Notes under the pieces: generated by a model
Told to the model about the DNA's origin: nothing
The model's database searches: none
The model's input: the letters and a program-made list of their open reading frames with translations, nothing else
Assembly (NCBI GenBank): GCA_964200075.2
Contig: CAXNAA020000034.1
Coordinates: 1 to 33,066, forward strand
DNA length: 33,066 nt
Direction of reading: 5' to 3'
From: Sphacelaria rigidula
Lineage: Eukaryota
Part shown: piece by piece, positions 24,040-33,066 of the stretch
Layout: each line of letters starts with the position of its first letter
How positions within the stretch are numbered: the stretch's first letter is position 1
Translations under genes and position numbers: made by a program

Positions 24040-24240
24040 CATGTTGCACTGGTTGGTTGACATATTGATTGGTCGTCGCTTGCTGACATTAACTCATCCG
24101 CTACGAGCCCAGCCGTGGTCGCAAGGTAGATACGCCGAACGTCAACGAAGCAGCACCCTCCGAGGGAGCTCGATGAGGGGGAAAGATGCAGGGAAAAAAA
24201 AAGAGAACGAGCATAACTGAAGTGAGGACGAGATTCCAAA
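24040..24240 (-). mobile_element. Non-LTR 3'-end fragment (AATC-tail family)
   Basis: Minus strand: ctaccttgcgaccacggctgggctcgtagcggatgagttaatgt...caatcaat. Confidence 0.6.
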
Positions 24241-24241
24241 C

Positions 24242-24352
24242 CAACAGCAGCAGCAGCAGCAGCAACAACAACAACAACAACAACAATAAAGACAAAAAGA
24301 ACAAAGGAAAACGGAAAAGAAAGAGGAGAAGGGGGAGGAGGAGGAGGAGGAG
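24242..24352. repeat. Compound microsatellite (CAG)n(CAA)n followed by a purine/(GGA)n tract
   Basis: Read directly from the sequence. Confidence 0.9.
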
Positions 24353-24707
24353 AATAGGATCCCAAAGAAACGCAGGAGGACAGTCAGGGAACGCCGAGCT
24401 ATACTTCTGTTTCTCTAGTACGGGCAAGTGCGAAGCGGAACCACTGGCAGCGGATCGGCCCCACCTTCTCAGGGCTGTGGGCGTTTGGGCAAATAGGTTC
24501 TTACCCACTTTTCGTTTCGTTTCGTTTCGGTTGTTGTCGTTTTTGTTTCCGCTCTCATTTCTGGTTCTTGTTCTTGCTTCGTATGACCTGAGCACTGAGC
24601 CCTGAGCAAATGAAGTTCTCGAATTTAAAAAATCACATTGTTTCGCTCAACACTCTGAGCAAATTGGGCACCGTGAAAACTTGGTTCTAGAGACCCATGC
24701 GACATAC

Positions 24708-24868
24708 CAGGCAGGCGCTCGACCATGAGCGCTTCATTTGCTCTCTTCTTCTCGAGCTCTCTCTCAACGCTGACCATCACCCCAGCTAACCGCGATACAC
24801 TCAAGGACTTGAAATCGTTGTACCCACCCGCACCCTTACCCTTCAGAGAAATCGCCTCCGCCCCTTGC
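24708..24868 (-). CDS. RING-CH gene, probable exon 5 (QGAEAISLKGKG...ERELEKKRANEALMVERLP)
   Basis: acacag| acceptor and |GTATGT donor. Phase-2 entry matches exon 4. Downstream exons are not resolved. Confidence 0.55.
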
Positions 24869-25512
24869 CTGTGTGACGACATGTTACGCAATTTAGTTCT
24901 TTAATAAACCCACTATGAAGGCAATAAACAAAGGAACACTCATTCGGGAAACCACGCACGCCACGCTTGATTCATCGACACCATCATCACACTGATCTGC
25001 ACATGAACTATTGTGTCTAGATCAATCAGCACCACAGCCTGTTGTACCTGGAACGAGATACACAACAAGCTGCATCGTGTCAGAAAGTGAGTATTACACC
25101 GTGGAGTACCTGCGACCTATCATCTGTTGGCCTCCTCTGACCCCTCGATCGATACACTGCACGGCATAGCGCTCCACCTTACATGTAGTCAACATCAGGA
25201 CGGCACTTGAACATGAATACGTAAAGGAAGCCTTCTTTGATTGTCAAAAAAGACAAAAGTATAACTGCTAGAGGGAACCAACGGTTTCCTCGGAGGTTTT
25301 ACTACTGTTGCACGACGTATCTACACATGGACAGTAAAAGATTCGCTCACTTTATCTCGAGGAAACACGGAGAGACCAGCCCTGAACCTCCTCTATTTTT
25401 TTCATTACACTGCTATCATTGCTCTATCGTTGTCAACTCCTCCTCGCGAGCGCGCCTCCTCGCGACGAGTCCATGGTCTCGTCGCATCAAGACATACATC
25501 ACCCATTCATTC

Positions 25513-25583
25513 CCACCTCAGATCTAGATATGCTATCACCACCTCAGATCTGGCTATCTATCACCACCTCAGATCAGGATATG
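25513..25583. repeat. ~25-bp minisatellite x3 (ccacctcagatctagatatgctatca)
   Basis: Units at 25513, 25539 and 25564. Confidence 0.9.
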
Positions 25584-25712
25584 TACGTTAATATTCCGAA
25601 GTGGAGACGTTTCGTGTGGCCCAATCCTTCTCGTGCACACGTTCTCTTTGTGCGTTACCGAAGCGACATGGGGATCTCCACCGATGATAAACTTACACAC
25701 GCAGATGCGTAC

Positions 25713-25769
25713 CTGCAGCGCTGTATTGCAACGGCTCCGCCCTCCCTTATTCCACAATTCCATTGTGCC
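25713..25769 (-). CDS. RING-CH gene, probable exon 4 (57 bp, MAQWNCGIREGGAVAIQRC)
   Basis: tttcgcag| and CAG|GTACGC splice sites. Phase 2/2 fits both neighbours. Confidence 0.55.
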
Positions 25770-26066
25770 CTGCGAAACTATTTGTGGATTGATGAACAAC
25801 CTAAGCTTTTCATTACGTGGAACAGTATTTATCATTGGTGTACGTGAGTATATCCAATAGGTGCAAAAAATTTAAGTGGCAAAGTTAACCGTCGCCCAGA
25901 AAATCTGGACGCCGGCATATACCCACGCAGGTAATACTTGGCCTTTTACCACGATGGGTCTGCTGCACGGTACTCGCCGCCGCCCTTAACGACTGACATA
26001 CCGAGAGACAGGTACACTATCCACGAGTTCAAAAGCATGTGCCCAACACAAAGACAAAGAACGTAC

Positions 26067-26527
26067 ATAAAGCAATTTTTCCAAACATCCTGGGTTTCCG
26101 AGGCTGCAGTAGACCTTGAAACAACGCCTGCCGCAGGACTGCGCTTTGCCATGTCTGATGCCGCGAGCACTTGCCCAACGTCGACGCCTCCCCGCGGTGA
26201 CGCGGGGACAGGATTCGTAGGTGTTGCGATTATTCTAGAAGCCATTTTAATTTCAGCGTGGCACCAGCCGCACGCCTTCCCGCTGGTCACTATCTTCTGG
26301 CGAAGGCAGTCGAAATGAGTAATCCTCCGCCCCTGAGGTTCCGGTCTGCACATGCAGTCCCACGAGACGAGCGCGAACCCCGGCTGGTCGGTCTCGTTGC
26401 TTTTTGGTTGCTGGTGCGAGCGTTCCCCCGGCCCCACCAGCCCCCTCAGCAGGGGCTGGTTGCAGAGGTAGCAGTTTTGCGATAGATAGATGATTGCTTC
26501 CTTGTTGTCACTCACGAAGTTACTTAT
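26067..26527 (-). CDS. RING-CH (RINGv, C4HC3) zinc-finger protein, exon 3; putative E3 ubiquitin ligase
   Basis: C-x2-C-x35-C-x-C-x10-H-x2-C-x11-C-x2-C (CYLC...CMC...HFDC...CGWC) at 26261-26473. Acceptor gccag| and donor AT|GTACGT. Confidence 0.75.
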
Positions 26528-26678
26528 CTGGCAGGTCGTCAATGACATCAAGGGGAGGGAAATGGCGTCACGACATTCCTGCCTATGGCTCCGTAGAACC
26601 TACGACGGCAAAGAACGGTCTTCAAAATAAGTTCAACACAACAGGTACGGACGATCACTTCCATCACACCTACTCTAC

Positions 26679-26785
26679 CTGAAGCTCTGTCTTCGGATCG
26701 TAGTAAAAATATATTTCCGCACATTAGCCCAATCTCTCGAACCCGTGGTTACAGACGTACGCTCGTCTTTCCAATACCGCCCGTG
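26679..26785 (-). CDS. RING-CH gene, probable exon 2 with in-frame TAA
   Basis: A 107-bp AG/GT-bounded segment bridges phase 1 (exon 1) to phase 0 (exon 3): SRAVLERRAYVCNHGFERLG*CAEIYFYYDPKTELQ. TAA at 26724-26726. Confidence 0.45.
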
Positions 26786-27308
26786 CTATTCCTCACAAGA
26801 GACGGAGCTCTCACTGTTTCTTCTGGGGCTCCAAAGCAAAAACAAATTGACACCAAACAAAAAACAAGACGACATAAGCGGCAAGAAAAGAAATGGCTTC
26901 CCCCCGAGTTGATCGGGGTGAGGTAAAAACAAATCCGTCCGATCTGCTTATCAAGTATACAGGAGGAAAAGGGAAATAAAAGACGAGAGATTAGAACGGA
27001 TACCAAGCGAGGATCAAGTTAACAACCCCAGGCACCCCCCTCATACTGTAGACGAATATCAAAGCTGTTCGCATGCTTGGACACGCACTAGCGAGTGTAC
27101 TATGCGACGGTCTACTCGTTGCGTTTCGGTGGTCCTCGACAGGAACTGAGGGAGCTTTGGCAGTAATACAGCGAACAGTTAGCGAGCTAAAAATAATGTC
27201 ACTCGCCGCGCGTACGCCAGAGGGGCAATCTGACTTCCAGCTATACACATAGATACTGCTCAGCTGAATATTGCGATAGGGCAACGTAGGCTACGGTAAA
27301 TCATCGTA

Positions 27309-28526
27309 TGAGCTGGGCCAGCCTAGAGGCGGATTCGTAGTTTGCAGGGCCATTAGCCGGCCAATATTTAGAGTTGGACCCTGAAATTTGGTGTGGACAA
27401 TGCATAGGGAATAAAAACTAAATTTATACTTTACCGAAAGTTTTGTTTTTCCATTAGTTAAGGGCATTTTACTGATACCTGAAAACTGGTTATTGTCCAT
27501 CATTCATGGAAAAAAAACTTTTGGTACACTAGTAATTTTTTTTTGTTCCCTATGCATTCTTCACACCACATTTTACGCTCCAACTCCAAATATTTGCCGG
27601 CGAATTCGCCTTTTAAAAACCGGGTCGGTGTAAATTAGGAACAGTATTTCCCAGGCCACTCACCAGCGCACGTTTGGTTTTTGTCTATTAAAATCTTGTG
27701 CGGGTTCTCGCTAGGGCATAATTTACAAAACTCAGTGGGTCAGGTTGATCTCTTTTTTTCGCTGGTTTAGGGCGTTCTAGTATGGCGAAGACCATTCTTC
27801 ACGAGAACGCCCTGACCTCTGCGGAGAAGAAAAAATGAAGGCCCATTTTTTATTTATACGGCACACCTTCGTGGTTCCCTATGCTAAGTTTCAAATCAAA
27901 AATCTAAAAAATGAGCTAAAAAATAGATGAGGCCAAAAGACCAATGTTCATTTCTCCTCGAAACTCCACTAAAAACACGAAAAAAAAGTGAAAAAAAAAA
28001 GGAAGAAAAAGAAACGAAAAAAAGGTTAAAATATTTTATGCTTATTTTATTATGCACTAGCGGTTCTTCATACGAAATTTCGTAGCACAACTCTCAAAAG
28101 CTGAGACGCGATATTCAGATTTAGGGCATCTAGTGTATCTGCTCGTAATATATTGATTTTAGTATGAAAACTTAAGTACGCCATATCTCGAGATAGAGTA
28201 CGAATTAGGTGAAGGTGAGGGTATCTACAGTATCGTCTTCCCGTGGTCCGGGGAAGGTCCACACCAAAAATCGTCATCATCCGCTGAATGTATCGTTCGG
28301 GGTTTCGTATAGATTTTAGTGTGGACTCTATCTCCGTAAGGCATAGGAATTAGTAGACATGGGGTTTGATCAACGAGAAACAGTGGCCCAGATTTTTGAA
28401 CAGATGGGCACCTGCCCCTTGATGAGACGATTAATACGATATGCGGATCATGGTCCAACTCGTCTGCGTCGATGAGATATTGCTTTGAGGGCTTAAATAA
28501 ATCCGTTTTTAGGCTGGCCCAGCTCG
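27309..28526. mobile_element. Non-autonomous TIR DNA transposon (Tc1/mariner-like, TA target duplication) in intron 1
   Basis: 27-bp TIRs tgagctgggccagcctagaggcggatt / cgagctgggccagcctaaaaacggatt (23/27). TA at 27307-27308 and 28527-28528. AT-rich interior with no transposase recognised. Confidence 0.75.
27356..27601. repeat. Internal ~246-bp hairpin (nested MITE or subterminal inverted repeat)
   Basis: gccggccaatatttagagttgga..tggtgtggacaatgcatagggaa..ttttccat matches the reverse complement of 27506-27601. Confidence 0.85.
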
Positions 28527-28644
28527 TAGCGCCAATGGATTCTAGGGTGTGTTCCAGAGTGTGGGGGCCCGAGCTCGTGACTGAACTGCTGTATACATTC
28601 ACCCGTCATTTTATGAACATTATTAATCAAACAACGACACTTAC

Positions 28645-29140
28645 ATAAAACATCATGGCCGGCGATGAACGTTTGCTTTGATTTTCTATTACGTACAGCA
28701 ACGTACAGTCCCAGATCATGAGTTGTTTTGTATACCTTCTCTTCCTCAGCGAATCGCAGCTGCTCGTCGTGGAACTCATCATCTGACGATGGGTGACGGG
28801 CGCTTGTACAAAACAACGCGCCCATATGCTCTACAATCTCAGCAGCAGGTTCTCCTCTCGACATCGAGCACAAATCGCGCCCGGTTCTCGTCGAATATTC
28901 CAGGCTCGAAGGCATTGGGCTGCACGTAGACGCTGGCGCGATTGAGGCACCCCCCTTTCCTTGTCCGTCGTCCATTGGGAGAACGCTGGGTGGAGCAAGC
29001 GCCCGCAGAGCCAAAACTTCATTTCCGGGAGGGAAGACAGTCCCTGGCGTCGGCGGTAGCGTGCGCTTCGTGGGCATGGGAGGGTCAATGGTGGCCTTGA
29101 GGGTCTCGAGAGGCGGTGGCGTGTCGCTTGTTTGTGTCAT
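28645..29140 (-). CDS. RING-CH gene, exon 1 (Pro-rich N-terminus MTQTSDTPPPLE...TFIAGHDVL)
   Basis: GC-rich 165-codon open frame from ATG 29140 ending at a perfect T|GTAAGT donor. Confidence 0.7.
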
Positions 29141-30007
29141 ACTGTTGTTGTGTCGCTGTCTGTGTTGAAAGAAACGTAAGGGAAGGCGATCGGTATAATG
29201 GGCGAGCGTGCGGTGGAGCAAGCCTTAGATATGGGGGATACATCGCGGTTGTTGCGGCGAGTTCGGATATGTCAATACGTATGCGACGATACGTGAACCC
29301 GCCGCAGAAGATGATCTGATATTGTCTGAAACACTACCGTGCCTTGTCCGGTACAAGAAGGCCATCAGTCCACCAACAACAACATTGATTGCGTAATGCT
29401 ACCGAAGGACACACACATGCATACACGGCCTGTCCACGTCTCATATTTGCTCCATGCGCAAAAACTACGAAATGCCACACTCATAAATCTCTTTGACAAC
29501 GTCTCATCACTTGGTATTGAACGCTGTTAAAATGTGTACCCTCTTACAACGCGCTTACCTGTCGCCCACGAGCGAACTGTAATTGGATAGACGATGTGGC
29601 AAGAGACACGTGCGCGGCTACTGAAGTACATGACAAGCTGGTGAGAGCTACATCTACCGCCTGAGTCGAGGATACTAAAGGATAAGGATACACACACGCA
29701 CCCGTCGATTGCGCTTTTTCTTCCTCCAGGACAGCTCTGTGTCACTATATGCACGTGATAAAGAAAACGAAGGGTGTTAGTGATGCGGCAGTGATAATAG
29801 TATGTAGGGCGCCTCAACTTCACCCAATACTCTACCCGAGGAGTCAGTTGCGCTGTGCAGCGAAGAGCAACAACCGAAGCGTAACCGTCTCAAATAAATG
29901 TTATTACTTCTAACGGGTCATTATGCAATCTTTGCTATATGTTTTGGTCATTATGCATCCGGATACCTCAGTGCCGAAGAGAGCTGGAGAGCACACAGCG
30001 TGGCTCT
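29141..30007. promoter_or_regulatory. Divergent intergenic region (candidate shared/bidirectional promoter and 5' UTRs)
   Basis: 867 bp between opposing start codons. No specific motif was identified. Confidence 0.4.
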
Positions 30008-30527
30008 ATGCGCCTCCCAGTGGCAACCTTCGCGGCTACGGCCACCTTGCATACACCATGTTTTACACAGGCTTTCTCGCTTGGATGGGACATGCCGTTG
30101 CAGCGCTCACCAGCAAGCCATGACTACTTGCGACGCACTGTTTTTCATGATGACAGTAAACATGTCATGCAGCATGGACAACAGCACCTACTCGAAGAAC
30201 AGCGATGGCAGCAACGCCGCCGCTACCGTGGCAGCAGTTGCAGCACATCAACATCGAAAAGAAGCACGGCGTTACGGATGGTATTCGATCCCGATGTGAC
30301 GCCAGTGGCTCTAGAGTCGTTTCACAAGTGGCTGGCCACCAAGAAGGACACTAATTTGAAGTTTGCCGACCAAATCGCGCTGGGAGGGCGATCGCCGTTG
30401 GACGGCGGACGGGGCCTTGTGGCGATCAAGGCCATCGAGAATGGGAAGAATGTACTAGCGATTCCGCAGTCTCTGTCATTGACAGCCACGAGCTTGGCCA
30501 AGTCTGGCATCGCACGATACGTCAAAG
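30008..30527 (+). CDS. SET-domain lysine methyltransferase (Rubisco LSMT/SETD3-like), exon 1 with plastid-targeting presequence
   Basis: MRLPVATFAATATLHTPCFTQA|FSL signal peptide with Phe at +1, then an S/T/R-rich transit region, FHKWL and SET motif I GRGLVAIKAIENGKNVLAIP. Donor AAAG|GTCCGT. Confidence 0.85.
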
Positions 30528-30809
30528 GTCCGTGAATGCATATCGACTGATGAACGTTAATTCGACCGCTAGAGCATGTGACGAGGACAGAACATGTTCA
30601 GCCCGAGACATGAGCGGGACACGGAGCATCGGTCGCCGTGTGCTCCCTGTCGGCAGTCTTCCCTCACGGCAAGAAAACTTGTCATTGGTGGATATGTGGC
30701 ATGGTTCTCTGTTCGTTCCGTGCTGCCGATAAAGATACGCACGGACTGCTTTTCGGGGGGGTGGGGACATGTAGCGATACGCAACCCAGTGATATAGGCC
30801 ACATATCTT

Positions 30810-30910
30810 CAAGCAAGTGTTTCCGTTTTGTCTTCCTTGGTTGCGTCTATCTTGTGACCACGGCTGGACCCTTGGGGATCGGTGAATTTGCGACAAACAA
30901 TCCATCAAAT
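30810..30910 (+). mobile_element. Non-LTR 3'-end fragment (AATC-tail family), intronic
   Basis: ctatcttgtgaccacggctggacccttggggatcggtgaatttgcgacaaacaatccatcaa. Confidence 0.55.
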
Positions 30911-31014
30911 GGTGCTACCGGAATGAACCACGCCCATATCTAGTGCTTCAAATTCGTAATTTGCACCAACATCTGCCACAACGACACCACTGCACAACAA
31001 TCTTTCGCCCAAAG

Positions 31015-31196
31015 ATTACGAAGGGTGGACTGGAGACACGGGTATGATTGCGCTGCAGATACTATGGGAGAAGGCGCAGGGTGAAAAATCTCCAATCGCT
31101 CCGTGGATCGCTGTCCTGCCGGGGCTGGGAGAGCTTGACATGCCCTTGTTCTGGAGCGAGGAGGACCTCGCTCTCGCGGACGCGTCTTCGACTAAG
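31015..31196 (+). CDS. SET-domain methyltransferase, exon 2
   Basis: DYEGWTGDTGMIALQILWEKAQGEKSPIAPWIAVLPGLGELDMPLFWSEEDL is typical of the LSMT SET insertion region. aag| acceptor, AAG|GTGAGG donor, phases 1/0 consistent. Confidence 0.9.
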
Positions 31197-31550
31197 GTGA
31201 GGGCCTGTAGTGCACGAGCCAAACTCTAGATTCAACCCTGGAAGTTGATTGGAAGTTGATCAGAGGCGTGTGAAACCAATACTGTAACCCGTACCTGCAG
31301 CAGGCTGCCTTGGTGGGTCACAAGGATATGGGATATGCTTCCCAGCAGGGGGTGTTGTCTGCCGTGAATGAGCAAACTGAAATACTTACACCCCCAGAAA
31401 GACGACAAAGCCAAACAGACGAACACGTGTTACACATTAAGCTTCATAAATTGATTGCTTGTCGCACTTTTGAACAGTCCATGTGCCATGCCAGAAGGCA
31501 GAAAGTTTATCGTGTCCTGTTCTCGTGCGAGCTATGCGTTCTCTTCATCG

Positions 31551-31640
31551 CTGATTGATTGATTGATTGTCCCACATTAAGTGATCCGTGACGAATACAA
31601 CCGTAGTCACAAGATCGACCTTGAAGAAAGCAAACGGTGG
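31551..31640 (-). mobile_element. Non-LTR 3'-end fragment with (AATC)4 tail, intronic
   Basis: Minus strand: gatcttgtgactacggttgtattcgtcacggatcacttaatgtgggacaatcaatcaatcaatc. Confidence 0.6.
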
Positions 31641-32444
31641 AGGTATTGGTAGTTATTCTTAAAAGCGTGTGTACTGGCGTTCACTGCCATTTTCGCAGAA
31701 AGTACAACAACAAAAACTTTGTACACACATGCGACGCAGAACCCACAACACGAACCGCAAATCCAAGTCTCAAGGCCACACTTTTCTGCTCGAGCAACAG
31801 GAATGTTTGTGAACACTACGGTCACAGTCGAAGCGCCATGGTATAGCTTTTCGGAAGGATGCATTATGTATCTGCCGACAACATATGTCGAATGTCCTCT
31901 GCATTCTGCAAAGAATTTAGCCGGGTATAGTTATGTGCATGTAGTGCACGTCAACGTCGACATCACCTTCGATGCTTCGACGAAGTCGTTTTTTGTGGGG
32001 ATATCTGAGCGCATCGAGTAACCACTGCAAACCAACTCTTACCTCAAGAAGCTGCTGATGTCTTCGATCATTACTGATCTGGTGCTGTGAAGGTCGAGTA
32101 TTATTGGAAATCAATAGTCAAGCTCCGGGATGAATAAACACGTTTTTCGACCGACACCCCTGGTGAACATTTTGCGAATTTTTTATCTCACCAAGATAAG
32201 GCAAAAGAGGCAAAACGTCTTGCTATTCGCGCCGGTTTCCTCGCACTTCACCCCTCTTAGGCTTTGCCCCTACGACATCCTCGGAACAGCAGTAGTACGG
32301 CGTCCGTGTTCTGTGCAAGATACACTCGCTCTTCCTGACCCTTTCGGTCAGCACTAGTGCATGATGCTCCCAACAACCATCTACGTTCACCTCAGTCACT
32401 GCTTATATCTGTACCAACGTGACGGACGTGCTCGAAATCCCCAG

Positions 32445-32676
32445 GGAATTTCTGGCTTCGGCGCTGACGTCGATGAGGACTACGCGTGGCTCGCGAAAAA
32501 CGTTTTCGGGGCAAACCCGACTATTTTCCCAGAGGATAAGTTCGGCCCTGCCGACTTTCGTTGGGCAGTGGGGGTGGCCCTTTCTCGGTCGTTCTTTGTG
32601 GATGGAGAGCTCCGACTCACCCCGCTCGTGGATTTTGCCAATCACGCTTCGTCGAGGTCAATGTTGGAGCCAAATG
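32445..32676 (+). CDS. SET-domain methyltransferase, exon 3
   Basis: FRWAVGVALSRSFFVDGELRLTPLVDFANH contains the SRSF and PxxDxxNH SET motifs. ccccag| acceptor and G|GTGAGG donor. Confidence 0.92.
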
Positions 32677-32964
32677 GTGAGGTTCGCTGTATGGTGGTGA
32701 CCGCCCGGATACAAGAATACTCTGAATTGTGCCCTGCAAAACACAATTCTGCGCAAATTGAGACATTGAAGCCAGACCTGGTATCAGAGATACCAACCAT
32801 TCACCGAAGAGGATTCCGCTTGACCTGCTCCACTGTCTACAAAAAGATCCCATGGTTTTCCTCTGTCTGATATGGCGACGCTGAAGACCCACACATATTT
32901 CCGGTTTCTGGTTTTATTCCCCCCCCCCCTTCCCCCTTTACTCTCTTGGATTATCCACTTGTAG

Positions 32965-33005
32965 GCGGGATGACGGGTCTTTTGGGTTCCAAAGCGGTGG
33001 TGGCG
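32965..33005 (+). CDS. SET-domain methyltransferase, exon 4 (3' boundary uncertain; gene continues beyond window)
   Basis: Polypyrimidine tract plus gtag| acceptor, phase 1, GGMTGLLGSKAVVA. Candidate donor GTGCTC at 33006. Confidence 0.65.
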
Positions 33006-33023
33006 GTGCTCCGTCTCGAAAGG

Positions 33024-33066
33024 GATGCGTGGTCAATGGTCAGACGACTAAGGCAAGCAACAAATG
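33024..33066 (+). repeat. Start of a dispersed repeat shared with 20503
   Basis: gatgcgtggtcaatggtcagacgacta vs gatgcgtggtcaatggtcaaacgacta. Confidence 0.8.

Noticed and set aside
23943-24605. ORFs with poly-L/V/N/S/R runs
   Set aside because: Translations of microsatellites and purine tracts
24950-25240. Additional RING-CH exons (e.g. VQQAVVLIDLDTIVHVQ...)
   Set aside because: Phases do not fit between exons 4 and 5 without stops or very short introns, and direct joining of exons 4 and 5 is simpler
28225-28602. 125-aa minus ORF as exon 2 via a 64-bp intron
   Set aside because: It crosses the right TIR of the TA-flanked transposon, so most of it is element sequence, and the acceptor is poor

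Overview
Eukaryotic, intron-rich, repeat-dense DNA, most likely from a brown alga or related heterokont. This is an inference from GT-AG introns, a bipartite plastid-targeting presequence, TTAGGG repeats and the repeat content. The right end has two head-to-head genes. One is a minus-strand multi-exon RING-CH (C4HC3) finger gene starting at 29140, whose best-fitting exon 2 carries an in-frame TAA. The other is a plus-strand, plastid-targeted SET-domain (Rubisco LSMT-like) methyltransferase starting at 30008 and running off the window. The left ~24 kb has no convincing intact gene. It holds three tRNA-derived SINEs, a decayed RTE-like LINE, several LINE/SINE 3'-end fragments, an LTR-like foldback with ~98% identical 308-bp arms, and minisatellites built from palindromic words. 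A TA-flanked TIR element sits in intron 1 of the RING-CH gene. The most unusual structure is 2927-6320: GGATATCC-rich blocks (one with 37-bp TIRs and internal TTAGGG repeats) tightly bracket a ~2.8-kb decayed intronless reading frame of unknown family. That frame contains a ~430-nt hairpin made from its own sequence. Exon structures and alignments were made by eye and no databases were searched.
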